Below are positions 1 through 12,520 of a DNA stretch of 64,000 bases, in pieces. Position numbers and translations under genes: made by a program. The notes beneath the pieces were generated by a model. It was not told the origin of the DNA. It did no database searches and saw only the letters and a program-made list of their open reading frames with translations. The stretch covers positions 67,458,001-67,522,000 of the forward strand of contig NW_024704742.1 of NCBI RefSeq assembly GCF_018977255.1, in the 5' to 3' direction. Within the stretch, counting starts at the first letter, position 1, and each line of letters opens with the position of its first letter. The stretch comes from Callorhinchus milii. Lineage: Eukaryota.

Positions 1-1614
1 GTCCCCTTGGAGTCATCTTCATTTAAGACTGAAGAGCCTGAGCTTGTGTCGATGGCTTAGTGGCTAAACAGCACAGCTACCAAAGCAACAGGAGGTCACG
101 CGGATGGTAGGTTTGAATCCTGGTTTGTGCTGATCTCAGTTGAGGTTTCAGTTGGGGGGTGAGATACAGGACTTATATTTTTATATAGTTCAGTCTGGGG
201 ATAGGAGCAAATTTTTCCAAATTGTTGGCCCAGTAGTAGCACTCTCACTTCTTTGTCAGAATGTTGTGAGTTCAAATCCCATGTCGGGACTTGAACTCAC
301 ATAGCCTAAACTGACAATCCAATGCAGTGCTGGGGGTTGGAGGTGCCAACAAACTTAGTTTGCAAGATCGTTCATTTTAAGAACGGCATCAAAAAAAGGA
401 AGATGCAAACAGCTTCCAAATTAAAGATTTAACATTTTTTTAAAATTTCAGAAGAAGAAAAAAAGCAAGGTCTCGTGGGTAAAAGTGGGTGGAATTTCAG
501 GCTTACGAATGGCAGAATTGAAGTCCTGCTGGTGTGTGTTTGGCAAAAGAAACCCGTTCTGAGCTGCATCTGGGAGTGTGACCACATCTAGAGACCAACC
601 TGGTGGATTTGTTTGACAATCCTTTCTCAACTAGCGAACCAGATGAAAAGACATGGCCGCATAGGCATAGTAATTACCTCTCTGCAGTTTGACTGATGCA
701 AGCCATCTGGGCCAACGTTCTGCATTCTGTGGATAACCACTGCCCTTATAATGAGCTCTCCCCATCACTATCTCCTCTCCTCCTCCCCCCATCCCAGCCC
801 ACACACCATTTCCTCTTAATTGCTTTTGATGTCCTTCACATTGGGAAGACATCTCAAAACACTTAAGAATAAGAATAAGAATAGTGGTAATCCTTGCATG
901 TGATATAGTGCCTGCCTTATTATGTCATTGAGACGTCTAAAGCGCATAATATATTGTAAAATATTCACATAATATATTGTAAAATGCATTGACTGTTGTT
1001 AGTTGATTGGGGAATCATTTCTGAGCATAATAATCCCTCAAAAAAAATTTGGTCACTCAATCCACGATTGTTTGTGGGACACTACTGTGCACAATTGGTT
1101 ACCGTGTTTCGCCCACAAAATAAACAATAAATCTACTTTACAATATATTCTGTGAAGCGCATTGAGAAGTCTCAACGACATGATAAGGCACTGTATCAAA
1201 TGAAAGACTCACTATTATTATCACGTCACCATTAACTTCTCACAGAATCTTGTTTTGAAGTGTAGTGACTGTATTTGCAGGGGAATTAGGAGGATGGCAA
1301 GATGAGGCAGAGAAGAAGGAGGGAGGGTCCAAGGAAGTGAGGCAGTGAAACAACAAGGGAGCAAAGGAGTGAGGGAGCAGAGCTTGAGGATGAGGGGTTG
1401 GGTCCCCTCCTGTTGTTGACCAAAGCCTTTCCTCACAGGCTGTCCATGGAGCATTGAGGACTATTATCTACAAAGAAAGACTATCCAGGCATTTGTCGAG
1501 TGAAAGTAGCAGAGATTTTTTTTAAGGGTTTATTACTCTGGAAAGACCATTCGACAATCGACTAACAAGTCGATTCCTACTTAGTGCCAGGTAAACATAG
1601 GTGTAAACAGAGTC

Positions 1615-1801
1615 TCTCCTTCAAGGCCTGTCTCAAGACCCACCTCTTCGTCCACGTCTTCGGCCACCCTCCTACCCTACTTGCCCTGCACCCCACCTGA
1701 TCCCAATCACCTGCTTGGGTCCAAATCCCTGAGTGTCCAGCACCTTGGGACGTCTACCCTATGTGAAAAAGCCCTACACAAATGTAATTTGTTGTTGTTG
1801 T
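1615..1801 (+). mobile_element. L2 3' end
   Basis: Matches 4674-4862 (CCTTCAAGGCC..CTCAAGACC..TTGGGACGTC..AATGTAATTTGTTGTTG). Confidence 0.85.
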
Positions 1802-2575
1802 AGTATATGTGGTGAAGGAGGGGGAGGGGACAGAGAGAGTGAGGGAGAAAACAACTATCAGTGAAAAGGGAAGCCGATACAAAATTGAAGGCAGTGGAGA
1901 CCGAGGAAAAACAATCACTTGATACTTTATTTGGTCAGCCAGGTGTCTGACACCCACAGAAGCCCATCACCATGCTTAAGAGCAACCAAAGCAAATTGAG
2001 AGTTTCCTGCATGGAGTGCATGTTCGTTGCTTGTTCCCTGCATATTCCTACACATGCAGGGAACATGTACTAGCTAAACATAGATGTGTGTTGGGGTACT
2101 GCTGATGGCTAATCAGCTAAAACTGCACAGCTCTGGCTGGAGATAAAATCGTAAAAGCCGAAATGCAAATCTTGTATAATCTGCCTTTCTTTCCTACATC
2201 CGAACTGGTTTTAATTGGTCACGTAAGGGGGGGAAGACTGCTCTTACTGTTAACATAGTGCAAGGGAAATTTCACTTAACCACATACATATGGCCAACAC
2301 ACCACAAGAGACGCCAGTCCTCGGAGACCAATTGCACTAACATTGTTTAAAGTGAACTTTATTATCACATTAAAAACACATCTGAGAAGAGCAAATTCCT
2401 ACCAAGGTCAAAGTGTGTGGACCTTTTTTTTAAGGGGTGACAGTGGGTGGCGGGAGTGGGTTCTGAGGTTAGAGGGGTTTGTTGTCATTTCTTGTGTCTC
2501 AATGACTGCTTTATTTGTGTTTGTTAAGAGTAAATTTTCCCCTTTACTTCCGCTTCCTACCCTTATCCTTATTGT

Positions 2576-2971
2576 GAAGTCCTGTAGTGTAGTTGTTAGA
2601 GCACTCGCCTCACAAGCGAGAGGACATGGGTTCAATTCCCGGGCAGGGCAAAACCTTAGGCAAGTTTCTTTACTCCACACGCCTCTGTTTATCTAGCAGT
2701 AAGCAGGAACCCGGCTGTTAGTCGATTCGTGGATCACTTTAATAATAGTAATAATAGTAATAGTATTTAGTAATAATGCTTCCTACAAAAAATATATTAA
2801 ATTTGGTCACTCAATCCACAACTGTTTGTGGGACACTTCTGTGTGTAAATGACTGCTGAGTTTCACCCACAAAATATAAAGTCAATTCACGTTACAGCAT
2901 ATTCTGTGAAGCGTTTTGAGACGTCTCAAAGACCTGATAGGCGCTATATCAAATGCAAGAATTATTATTAT
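2576..2971 (+). mobile_element. SINE type B (tRNA-Ala-like head, CORE/Meta-like domain, shared Deu/L2 tail), full length
   Basis: A and B boxes (TAGTGTAGTTG, GGTTCAATTCC); CCTTAGGCAAGTTTC..TTACTCCACACGCCTCTGTTTA; tail ending (TTA)n. Confidence 0.9.
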
Positions 2972-3429
2972 CATATATAAACATTTTAGACAGACATTCA
3001 GGGAGGACGCTAGCAGCTCAGGTCATCAGCCTCAACCCTTGGATAGGGGGTGGTGGGTGGTTGAGAGTTCAGTACAAGAACTCTGAATTACCCTGACTGA
3101 CAGGTGGGAGCAGGCGATCTGGGCTTACTGCACCAAAAACGCCATCACACTTTACCCCAAAGCTTTACGCTAAACTTTGGCTACTATGTCTTGTACCCAC
3201 TACCCACTTTGGAACCCAATTGCAATGTGAGCTTTCTTTGCCCACCTTCAAAACCCTCTTAAAAATCTCTCTCTGACCAACTAGAATAACTCTGATAGCA
3301 CCCTTCACACAGCATAGCATTAGACACAGAGTGAGGGAGAGAGGGGTGGGAAAGGGCACCATAAGCATGGTTGAAGGAGGGCGGAGGATCAAGCGTGGTC
3401 TGCATTTACCAGACCAGTCTCCTCCACAG

Positions 3430-4862
3430 CACCCACTCCACCACACTCGACGTCCTTGCCCCACTCACTTCCCGAACTGCCTCCTATTCCTGATCCTCAC
3501 CCTGGTTCACCAGCCACCTCCACTCAAGGGCCATGTCGGGCTGCTGAACACATTTGGCTCAAATCCGGCCTAACTGCCCACCGCTACATCTGGCTGGACC
3601 TCATCAAGAACTACCGTTCTGCTCTCACCTCAGCCAAATCATCCTTCTATTCCAGGTTAATCCTGGAGGTGAAGGACAACCCCAGACTCCTGTTCTCAAA
3701 CACCAACCGGCTCCTTCGCCCTCACCACCATGCCTCACAGATTCTTTCCTCCGACTCCCACTGCGAGGAAATGCTGGACTTCCTCGAGTCCAAAATCGAG
3801 GGAATCCACTCAGCTGCCACTGCCCTCCCAACTTCCACCCCCACACTCCGACCACTACCCATCCCTCCTTCCACACCTTTGAACCTGTCACCCCCTCCTC
3901 TGTCATCACCACCACATCCTACATGAAGTTCACCACTTGCTCCTGGACCCCCATCCGACCCCTCTCCTTAAATCCCAGTTCCACCTCCTTACCCCACTAC
4001 TCGCCAACATCATCAACCTCTCCCTGTCATCTAGCAGTGTTCCTACCCCCCTCAAAACAGCCACTATCCCCCCCACCTTGAAGAAACCTTCCCTTGAACC
4101 ATCACAGCTATCCAGTTACCGGCCCATCTTCACAACTCAGGCACTGGCAGCATCAGCATCCATGACTGCACACTCAACCTCACTAAGTCAGTCAGGAACC
4201 AGGGTGTCTTGTTACTGCCTCACTGCCTCACCCCTCAGGCTGCCAAAACTCTCACATGCATTTTTCACCTCAAGGCTTGATTACGAGAACTCCCTCCTCA
4301 TCGGCCTTCCCAACTCTTCCCTTCACAAGCTGCTGATCATCCAAAACTCTGCAGCTCGTGTGCTCTCACGCACCAGACTCCGTGACCGCATCACTCCCAC
4401 CCTCGCCCGACTTCACTGGCTCCCCATCCCTCAGAGGATCGAATTCAAGATCCTCGTCCTCGCTTTCAAGGCCATCCATGGCCTTGCCCCCTCCTACCTC
4501 TCAGACTTGCTGACTCCCTACGAGCCTGCCCACTCCCTCCATTCAGTGGGCTCCGGCCTGCTCCATGTCTCCCGCCCGACCTGTCCTACCATCGGTGGCC
4601 AAGCTTTCAGCCTCTCTGCCCCCACACTCTGGAACTCCATCCCACGGTCCCTTCGCCTCACTTTCTCCCTTGCCTCCTTCAAGGCCGATCTCAAGACCCT
4701 CCTCTTCGATCATGCCTTTGGTCGCCCCCCCCACCTCTCTGACTTCCCTCACCCCTACAGCACCCCTTCCCCATGCTCAGGTCCCAACACCTGACTGTCC
4801 AGCGTCTTGGGACGTCCTCCCGAAGTGAAAGGAACTCTATAAATGTAATTTTGTTGTTGTTG
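3430..4862 (+). mobile_element. L2-clade LINE copy with internal deletions removing the RT core
   Basis: ORFs 3456-3926 and 3937-4794 carry L2 ORF2 motifs (NPRLLF, LDPHPT..IINLSL..LKKPSL..YRPI, SRLDY, LHWLPI). 4131-4862 aligns with 38389-39200 apart from deletions; (TGT)n tail. Confidence 0.93.
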
Positions 4863-4993
4863 AAGAGTTAAGTCTTAAGGAAGAATTTAAAGATAAAGAG
4901 AGTGAGGGATTGTGAGGCATAGGGTAAAGAGAGGCAGTTCCAGAGGTTTAGGTTATAAACAAAATAAAAAAGGGAAAAAAAGAATTTAAGAAT

Positions 4994-5275
4994 GGAGTTC
5001 CATAGCGTAATCGTTAAGGTGCTTGCCTCGCAAGCGATAGGACCCTGTTCGTTTCCCTGGTGGGGCAAGACCTTAGATAAGTTTCCTCACTCCACATGTC
5101 TCCGTTTACCTAGCAGTAAGTAGGAACCCAGTTGTTAGTAGATTGGAGGATCGCTCTCCGAGGGTAATAATCCCTCAAAAAAAATACAGGCTAAATCCAC
5201 TTCACAATATATTCTGTAAAGCTTTGAGACATCTGAACGACGTGATAAGACATCAAATGCAAGAATTATTATTAT
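4994..5275 (+). mobile_element. SINE type B, internally deleted
   Basis: Same head and tail as the other type B copies. Confidence 0.85.
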
Positions 5276-6145
5276 AAGTTTAACGTAAAGTGTAGGCAAG
5301 TGATTGAGAGGCGGGAGGAGATACCTTTGGCCAACACCGATAACACACTGCACACTGTGTGCCCGTGCCCATGGCCCCTGAAAAAAGCACTTTGAAAAGT
5401 GAAGCTCATTCCACTTGAGAGGTGCTATGTAAGTGCAAGTTGTTTCTGCAGATGTTCTGGGTAGAACAGTTAAAGCACAGTCAGAGGTAAGTGACTCAAG
5501 GGGAAATAGCTAATTACTTATTAAACTGCTTCCAGCCATGTAAAACTAGGCTAAAGATTAACTGAGAGACAGCGCAGCTCAACCTCTAGTTAATCTGTGA
5601 ATCTACATGGGAGGGGGGCGAGGGCAGGAGGTGAGATTTGGAACCAGAGAAGGTGGAATATTACAAAGGACAGAAAGTTCCTAATTACTGGGGGGAAAAA
5701 AAGTAGACGTTTTCAGTGCTGGCAGGAAGGAATGTCAAGAGGGATGTGTTTTGAGGGAGCCTGATGGGATTTCGTTTTAAAAAGGGATTGTTTGAAGGGA
5801 TTGTTACCCCCGGAAAGCGATCTGCCAATCGACTAACAACCGTGTTCCTAATTACTGCTAAGTAAACAGAGGCGTGTGGAGTAAGGAAACTCACCTAGCA
5901 TTTCGCCCCATCCAGAAATCAAACTCGGATCCTCTCATTTGTGAAGCAAGTGCTCCAACCAATACACTACAGGATTCTTAAAACTGTTAAGATTCCGCAG
6001 AACAATTTTCTTCCTTAATTCAGAAGCCACATTGGTCCTTTTTAAGAACTGAGTTAGGCCAGATTCGAAAATTAAGATTGAACTGAAGAAGCTTGTAACA
6101 CTAAGCAGCATCACTGGGTGAGTGAGATTCTGATCCTTGGGTTTT

Positions 6146-6550
6146 ATAATCCTTACTTATAATATATCGCTGTTCACATCAAAGCGCTTCCCAGGATTCA
6201 CGGCAAAGTGCAGTCACTGTGTATTTTGGAGATGAGCATGGCAGATAAATTATTCACAGCAGTGTCATACAAACAGCAATGAAATGAGTGACCAATTTTA
6301 TTTGGGGGATTGTCAGCCAGGACACCGGGAAAAACTTCTTTCTATTTTTGAGTCATGCCATGGGATCTTTAACATCCACCTGAACAGGCAAATGGCAGCT
6401 CAGTTTAATGCCTCATCCAAAAGACGGCACCTCCAACAATGCAAGGCTCCCATCAGCACTACGTTGGAGTCTCAGCCTAGACTATGAGCTTCCTGATGTG
6501 GGGCTTGAACCCACAACCTTCTGAGTCAGAAGTGAGAGTGAGCGTGGTTA
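6146..6550 (-). mobile_element. SINE type A (tRNA head + DeuSINE-like body)
   Basis: Reverse complement of CTCTCGCCTCTGAGTCAGAAGGTTGTGGGTTCAAG..GGAGGTGCCGTC..AAAGATCCCATGGC..GTGTCCTGGC plus tail. Confidence 0.85.
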
Positions 6551-7119
6551 ACTCACTGTAATAGATGAAGGGAGGCAATGGTGAAAAAAAATCCTGATTA
6601 AAAAAGCAGTAAGTAAGAGAATAATAATTTGGCCACTCAATCCATGACTGTTTGTGGGGCATTGCTTGTGTGCAATTGACTGCTGTGTTTCACCCACAAA
6701 ATATTATTACTTGTGAGTGTTTGCATGTGTGTGTGTGTATGTATGTGAATGACACACCTTTTTAAAGCCGTGCAGTTTGGAAAATGTTACCAAAACTGGC
6801 GACGGAGAAGTTAAAGTCTCTCATGCACTGTTGGCTGCCATTCAGCTCTCAAAGACTGTGAAAAATGTCTTCATAACTAGAAGCAGCTGGAGAGCACAGT
6901 GCAGGGCAGCAGCAGCTCCACAATGAATCCCTGAATGGGTTGATTCTAACTAATGTTCCGAAGCTACTGTACAAGGATATTTTTTCCTTTTCTCTGAGTT
7001 TTGTTGGCAAGTTGTTTTATTTCCTACGCTCCACTCACAATTTTTTTTTAAGCTGCAGTTTTGCGCTGTCCTTTCCTCCAGCCCCACCCCACCCCACACT
7101 CCAAAAAGTGCAATAAAAA

Positions 7120-7578
7120 TACTAGTAATAATCCTTGCATTTGATACACTCTTTCAAGTTGGGAAGGACATCTCCAAAACGATTTGCAGCGTTTTACTGT
7201 AAAGTGACTGTGTATTTTGTAGGCAAACACGGCAGCCAATTTGGGCATAGCAGTGTCCCACAATAAAACATATTGTGAATGATTGATTTTATCTGGAGGA
7301 TTATTGGCCAGGGCACTGGGAGAAACTCCCCTCTCTTTTCAAGTAGTACAATGGGATAGTAGCCATGGGATCTTTAAAGTCCACCTAACCAGGTAGACAG
7401 GAACTCAGCTCAAAATCTGATCCAAAGGATGGCACTGCTGTTAATGCAATGCATCCCCAGTGTCATGCATTGGAGTATCATTTTAGATTATATGAGTTCC
7501 AAGTCCCGATGTGGGACTTGAACCCACAATCTCCTGACTCAAAGGCTCGAGTGTTACCAACTGAGCCATGGCTGACAC
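7120..7578 (-). mobile_element. SINE type A, full length
   Basis: As for other type A copies; head GTGTCAGCCATGGCTCAGTTGG. Confidence 0.88.
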
Positions 7579-8334
7579 AGGCAAATCTTCAAGGCTGAAA
7601 TGGAAGCACAAGATGTGCCGGGAGCTAGTGAAAGGGCAAAAGAGGCTGGATGGGCTAAACGGCCTCCTATTGCTGTAAAGACCGGTCTATTCACATCTCT
7701 GTGGCACAGGAGTTAAAGTTTATTGTGCACTGTTGGCTGCCATTCAAGTCTTGATGACCTGTACAAACCTCCTCACCCATACCACCCCAGTTCTTACCAG
7801 ACTCCACAGGCTCCCTGCTGCAGAAAGGATTGTTCTAAGATCCTCACATGTACAAATCAGATTATGCCCTTCTGGATCTCTCTGCCTCAATCCCCATTCT
7901 TTGTCCATCTTCGGATCTTACCTGAAGACTTTCTTCTTCAACAAGTTGCATTTAACAATAGCATAAATGCACATTGTTGTGGTGGTGGACTTATCTCATG
8001 ATTCATGTGACATTTATAAACAGCTCAAAGAGCCCCAATATCCCGCAGTCCTCATACGTTTGAGACTTCACTGACATCTACTTTGGGTGTCTTCCTCTCC
8101 CATGAAATATTGCAAAATGCAAAACAGTCTGTTAATGATTACACTGTTTATAGGACCGACAGTCCCATTAAGTAGTTATTATCTGAGATTGTTTTTAGTC
8201 ATCCAGCAAGTTCTTGTGAAATTTGACACAGAGACACGGAGAGAGGAGTCATGGTACGTTTGGCCATGATGTGCCTCTAATTCCACCAAAAGTATGTCAG
8301 GTAACTGCTGAGTTCTGGAATTTCTCCCAGTCTT

Positions 8335-9335
8335 AGCCTTAAGACCTTTGTCTTCTAATTCGAGATGGTGGACAAAACTTGTGAAGGATTTTGACAAGAT
8401 AAATAAGGAGAAGCTATTTCCACTGGTAGGGTAGTCAGTGACAAGAGGAACATAGAGATAAGATAATCACAAGAAGTACAAAAGGAAATCTTAGGAGGAA
8501 TTTTTGTTTCACTCAAGAGTTGTAGGGATGGAGAACACCCTGCCAAGTAAGGTGGTAGAGGCAGAGTTGTCCATTGTGGGTTTCAAGTGGCAAGCAGACA
8601 GGTATACGATGGATAGAGGTTTCAGAGGGTACCAGGATAATAATGCTCCTTGCATTTGATTTAGAGCCTTAACATAATAATAATAATCCTTGCATTTGAT
8701 ATAGCGCTTTTCACGTCGGGAGGACATCCCAAAGCGCTTCACAGAACACACTGTAAAGTGAATTGACTGTATAATTGTGGGCGAACGCGGCAGCCAATTG
8801 CGCACATCAATGTCCCACAAACAGTCGTAGATTGAAAATGAACAATTTATTATTGCTTTTTGTTTTTTGGAGGGATTATTATTAGGCGTGTGGAGTAAGG
8901 AAACTTGCCCAAGGTTTCGCCCTGCCTGGAATTGAACTCAGGTCTCTCGCTCGCAAAGCGAGTGCTCTAACCACTGAGCTACAGGACTCCACATGTTGTT
9001 AAGACATGTCAAAGCGATTCACAGAATATATCGCAAAGTGAATTGACTATGTATTTTGTGGGCGAACTGCGGCAGCCAATTGTGCATAACAGTGTCCAAC
9101 AAACAGTCGTGGATTAAGTGACCAAAATTATATATATTTTTTGGAGGGATTATCACCCCTAGAAAGCTATCCAGCAATTGACTAACAGCCGGGTTCCTAC
9201 TTACTGCTAAGTAAACAAAGGCATGTGATAGGGCAGGGTAGTGGGATTGAATGAATAGCTTGCTCTGAGAGCTAGTGCAGACTCAATGGGCCAAATATCC
9301 TCCTTCTGTGCCATAAATGTCTATGGTTTCCCAAT
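8335..9335 (+). mobile_element. CR1-clade LINE 3' end split by nested SINEs (CR1 parts about 8335-8639 and 9227-9335)
   Basis: Typical CR1 terminus wording (GAGAAGCTATTTCCACTGG..ACAAGAGG..TTCACTCAAGAGTTGT..GTGGTAGAGGCAG) and final ATGGGCCAAATATCCTCCTTCTGTGC. Confidence 0.75.
8676..8990 (-). mobile_element. SINE type C (young derivative of type B)
   Basis: Near-identical to 10437-10734; lacks the TCTGTTTACC..GATCGCTTTCC segment of type B; flanked by ACAT/ACAT. Confidence 0.92.
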
Positions 9336-9951
9336 TTGTGGAAAACAATTAATGCACCGGTTGGAAGTCTTTTAATTGTAATTCTTCTCAATAGACATCT
9401 CCAAATTAAGACTGGATGTGAAAGGCAATGTAACTGTATTTACTCCCTCCCGTCTTTCAACACATATCTCAAAACCTACCTCTTCCCCCCCCCACCCTTG
9501 GCTCCCACCCCCAACTCAGGTGCCCGATCCTGCATTGTGAAGCGCTTTGAGAAGTCCTTCAGAGGTGAAAGGTACTGCATCAATTAAATCTGCCAAAAAT
9601 ACCCAATCACTACGCTTCACAGTAAAATTCTGTGAAAGACTTTGAGACATCTCAATGACGTGATAAGATGCTGTCTCAAATGTAAGGATTATCAATTATT
9701 ATTAGAAGTTATATTGTACGTAACTGCAAGTTACTGTTGTTGATCACACTCCTCTCTGTTGCTCTCCTCATTTTCTTCTATCCGTTTGCATACCATTCTG
9801 ATCCTGCCCTGGATATTGTTTGTAGGAATGCTCATTGTATGCAAACAGGGCAAGGCAACACTAAGCCAGGCAAACAGGATGAACACTAGACAACCAGTCA
9901 TGCTCGAGCTGTTAGTCATTTATGGTCAGGTCGCAATCTGTAGAAACCTGC

Positions 9952-10325
9952 GGAATCATGTAGTCTATTGGTCAGAGCACTTGCCTCGCAAGCAAGAGGA
10001 CCTGGGTTTGATTCCCAGGCAGGGCAAAATCTTGGGCAACTTTCCTTACTCCACACACCTCTGTTTACCTAGCAGGAAGTTGGCACCCAGTTGTTAGTCG
10101 ATTGGCGGGTCACTTTTCCAGGGGTAATAATCCCTTAAAAAAAAATGTGGTCACTCAATCCACAACTGTTTGTGGGACACTGCTGTGCGCAATTAGCTGC
10201 CACGTTTCGCCCACAAAATATACAATCAATTCACTTTACAATATATTTTGTAAAGCGCTTTGAGACATCTCGAAGATGTGATAAGGCGCTATATCAAATG
10301 CAAGGATTATTAGTATTATTATTAT
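9952..10325 (+). mobile_element. SINE type B, full length
   Basis: Head, central domain and (TTA)n tail all present. Confidence 0.9.
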
Positions 10326-10436
10326 AACCTAGGTCGGTCTTCACAGTAACTGTGATCATTCACATCCCTCTCCTCCCATCCTTAGTACTGGTTGGCAATG
10401 TCAGCCACTAAGATTATAGATGGTGTAAGACACTTA

Positions 10437-10734
10437 TAATAATAATAATAATAATCCTTGCATTTGATATAGCGCTTTTCATGTCAGGAGGACATCCCAA
10501 AGCACTTGAATTGACTGTATATTTGTGGGCGAACGCGGCAGCCAATTGCGCACAGCAATGTCCCACAAACAGTCGTAGAATGAAAATGACCAATTTATTA
10601 TTGTTTTGGGTTTTGGAGGGATTATTATTAGGCGTGTGGAGTAAGGAAACTTGCCCAAGGTTTCGCCCTGCCTGGAATTGAACTCAGGTCTCTCGCTTGC
10701 AAAGCGAGTGTTCTAACCACTGAGCTACAGGACT
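10437..10734 (-). mobile_element. SINE type C (young derivative of type B)
   Basis: Near-identical to 8676-8990 apart from a deletion of about 20 bp; ACTTA at both ends. Confidence 0.92.
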
Positions 10735-12118
10735 TAGAGGGCACAATATCAGTGTATGCGACAACGTCCAGTCATACAACACAGCCTAATGCAAATGGCA
10801 AACACCCTGTACAGACCACAAACAGCCATGAAAACAAATGAACTTTTTTTATTGGGGTAATGGCCAGGACACTGGGAGAGACTCCCTTCTCTTTTCGAAT
10901 AGTGCCGTGGGATTTTTAACATCCGTCTGAACAGGCAGATATGCTGAGGTGAAGGCAAAATTTGCTGCAAAATAGAGGGAGTTTTACTGAGCAGCTGCCA
11001 GTGCTATAACTGACCAGAGAGTATTTATCTTGGAATACACCCAATATCTATGCCCCAGTCCTGAAGGCCCATTGACTTCATGAATTCAGAAGCTAGAAGA
11101 AACAAATGTACATACAGTACAATACAATTTCAGTGCATACAATACAATACGCTTCTATTCAGATGGACGTTAAATATCCCACAGCACTTTTCAAAAAGAG
11201 AAGGCAGTTTCTCCTGGTGTCCTGGCCAACAATCCCCCAAATAAAATTGGTCACTCACTCCATGGCTGTCTTTGGAGCATTACTTTGAGGAATTGTGCTG
11301 CTGCGTTTACCTGCTGTATCCTGTGAAATGCTTTGAGATTTCCTTTCAACATGATAAGGCGCTATGCTAAATGCAAGGATTGTTATTATTAAAATTATTA
11401 TTCTTTACATTAATATAGAGCCTTTCATGTTGGGAGGACATCTCAAAGGGCTTGACATTGCCGGCTGGGTAATTGAGCTGAGGCTGAACCCCAGCTGGGG
11501 GTAGACTACATAAATGCAACTGCGTCTCCCATGACAGATGCAATATATGTAATTCAGTCAACAAGAACATGCATGACTGTAAATGAAGTTGAAAAGCATT
11601 GGATCACAGTGGATAAGGGGTGAGACTCTGCACAGATGCTAATGATTAAGACTTGATGGAAGTGGTGGGGGGGTGGAGAGAGAGTAGGGAGAGAAGGTCA
11701 ATAAACACACCACTTGACATTCACACAACACAATAAAAGCCAAGCATCCAGTAGCAGGATTTTGACATCTATTAAGTTTTACTAGACCTCGGTGTTTCAT
11801 AAACAGAGTGAAACTAGTGGCCTATTTGCTTTGCAAATTTCATTCCGGGGTCAAGACAGGCGCTCGAGACATCAAAGACTCGGGACTGTTCAACAATTCC
11901 CAATGCTTAATAGCAAATGTGCTCACTGAGTGCCGGTCAGTCCCTGTCAAGCCCTCAACACCTCACTTGTGTTACTTTTAACATAAGTTTTAAAAAGGGC
12001 TTTTAGATGGTCCTTTCTTCCTGGCTTATGTTGCATTGGTGTAAATCAGGTTTAAAATCAAAGCCATGTTTGGAAACATTTATTTAATCACTAACACCTT
12101 GATCTGCCAAACAAAATG

Positions 12119-12520
12119 GTGTCAGCCTGGCTCAGTTGGTAGCACTCTCCCCTATGAGGCAGAAGGTTCTGGGTTCAAGCTCTGTATTGGGACTTTGAAC
12201 TCTAACAGGCCAATGCAGTACTTAAGGGAGTTTTGTATTGTCTGAGGGGCCTTTCTTTGGATGAGACATTAAACCAAGATCCCGCCTTCCTGTTTAAGTG
12301 GACTCTATTCAAAAAGAGAAGGGAATTTGTCCCAGAGTCCTGGTCAACAATCCCCAAAATGAAGTTGGTCATTCACTTCACAGTTGTTCATGGGTCATTG
12401 CTGTGCACAAACTGGCTGCCACATTTGTCTACAAAATACAGAGTTACTACACTGTAATCCTATGAAGTGCATTGAAACATTCTCCCGATGTGACAGGCGA
12501 TATATCAAATGCAAGGATTG
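12119..12520 (+). mobile_element. SINE type A
   Basis: A box TGGCTCAGTTGG, B box GGTTCAAGC, Deu-like body, tail. Confidence 0.88.

Noticed and set aside
2576..2650. tRNA genes at SINE heads
   Set aside because: Each is followed by the SINE body and tail and differs between copies; these are SINE promoters, not tRNA genes.
3937..4794. 285-aa ORF as an intact protein
   Set aside because: L2 copy lacking the RT catalytic core; the middle is read out of frame and stays open by chance in C-rich sequence.
10145..10681. Recurrent short ORFs such as ...[12 protein letters not shown] and MWSKETC... as a peptide gene family
   Set aside because: They are translations of the shared SINE sequence in various frames.
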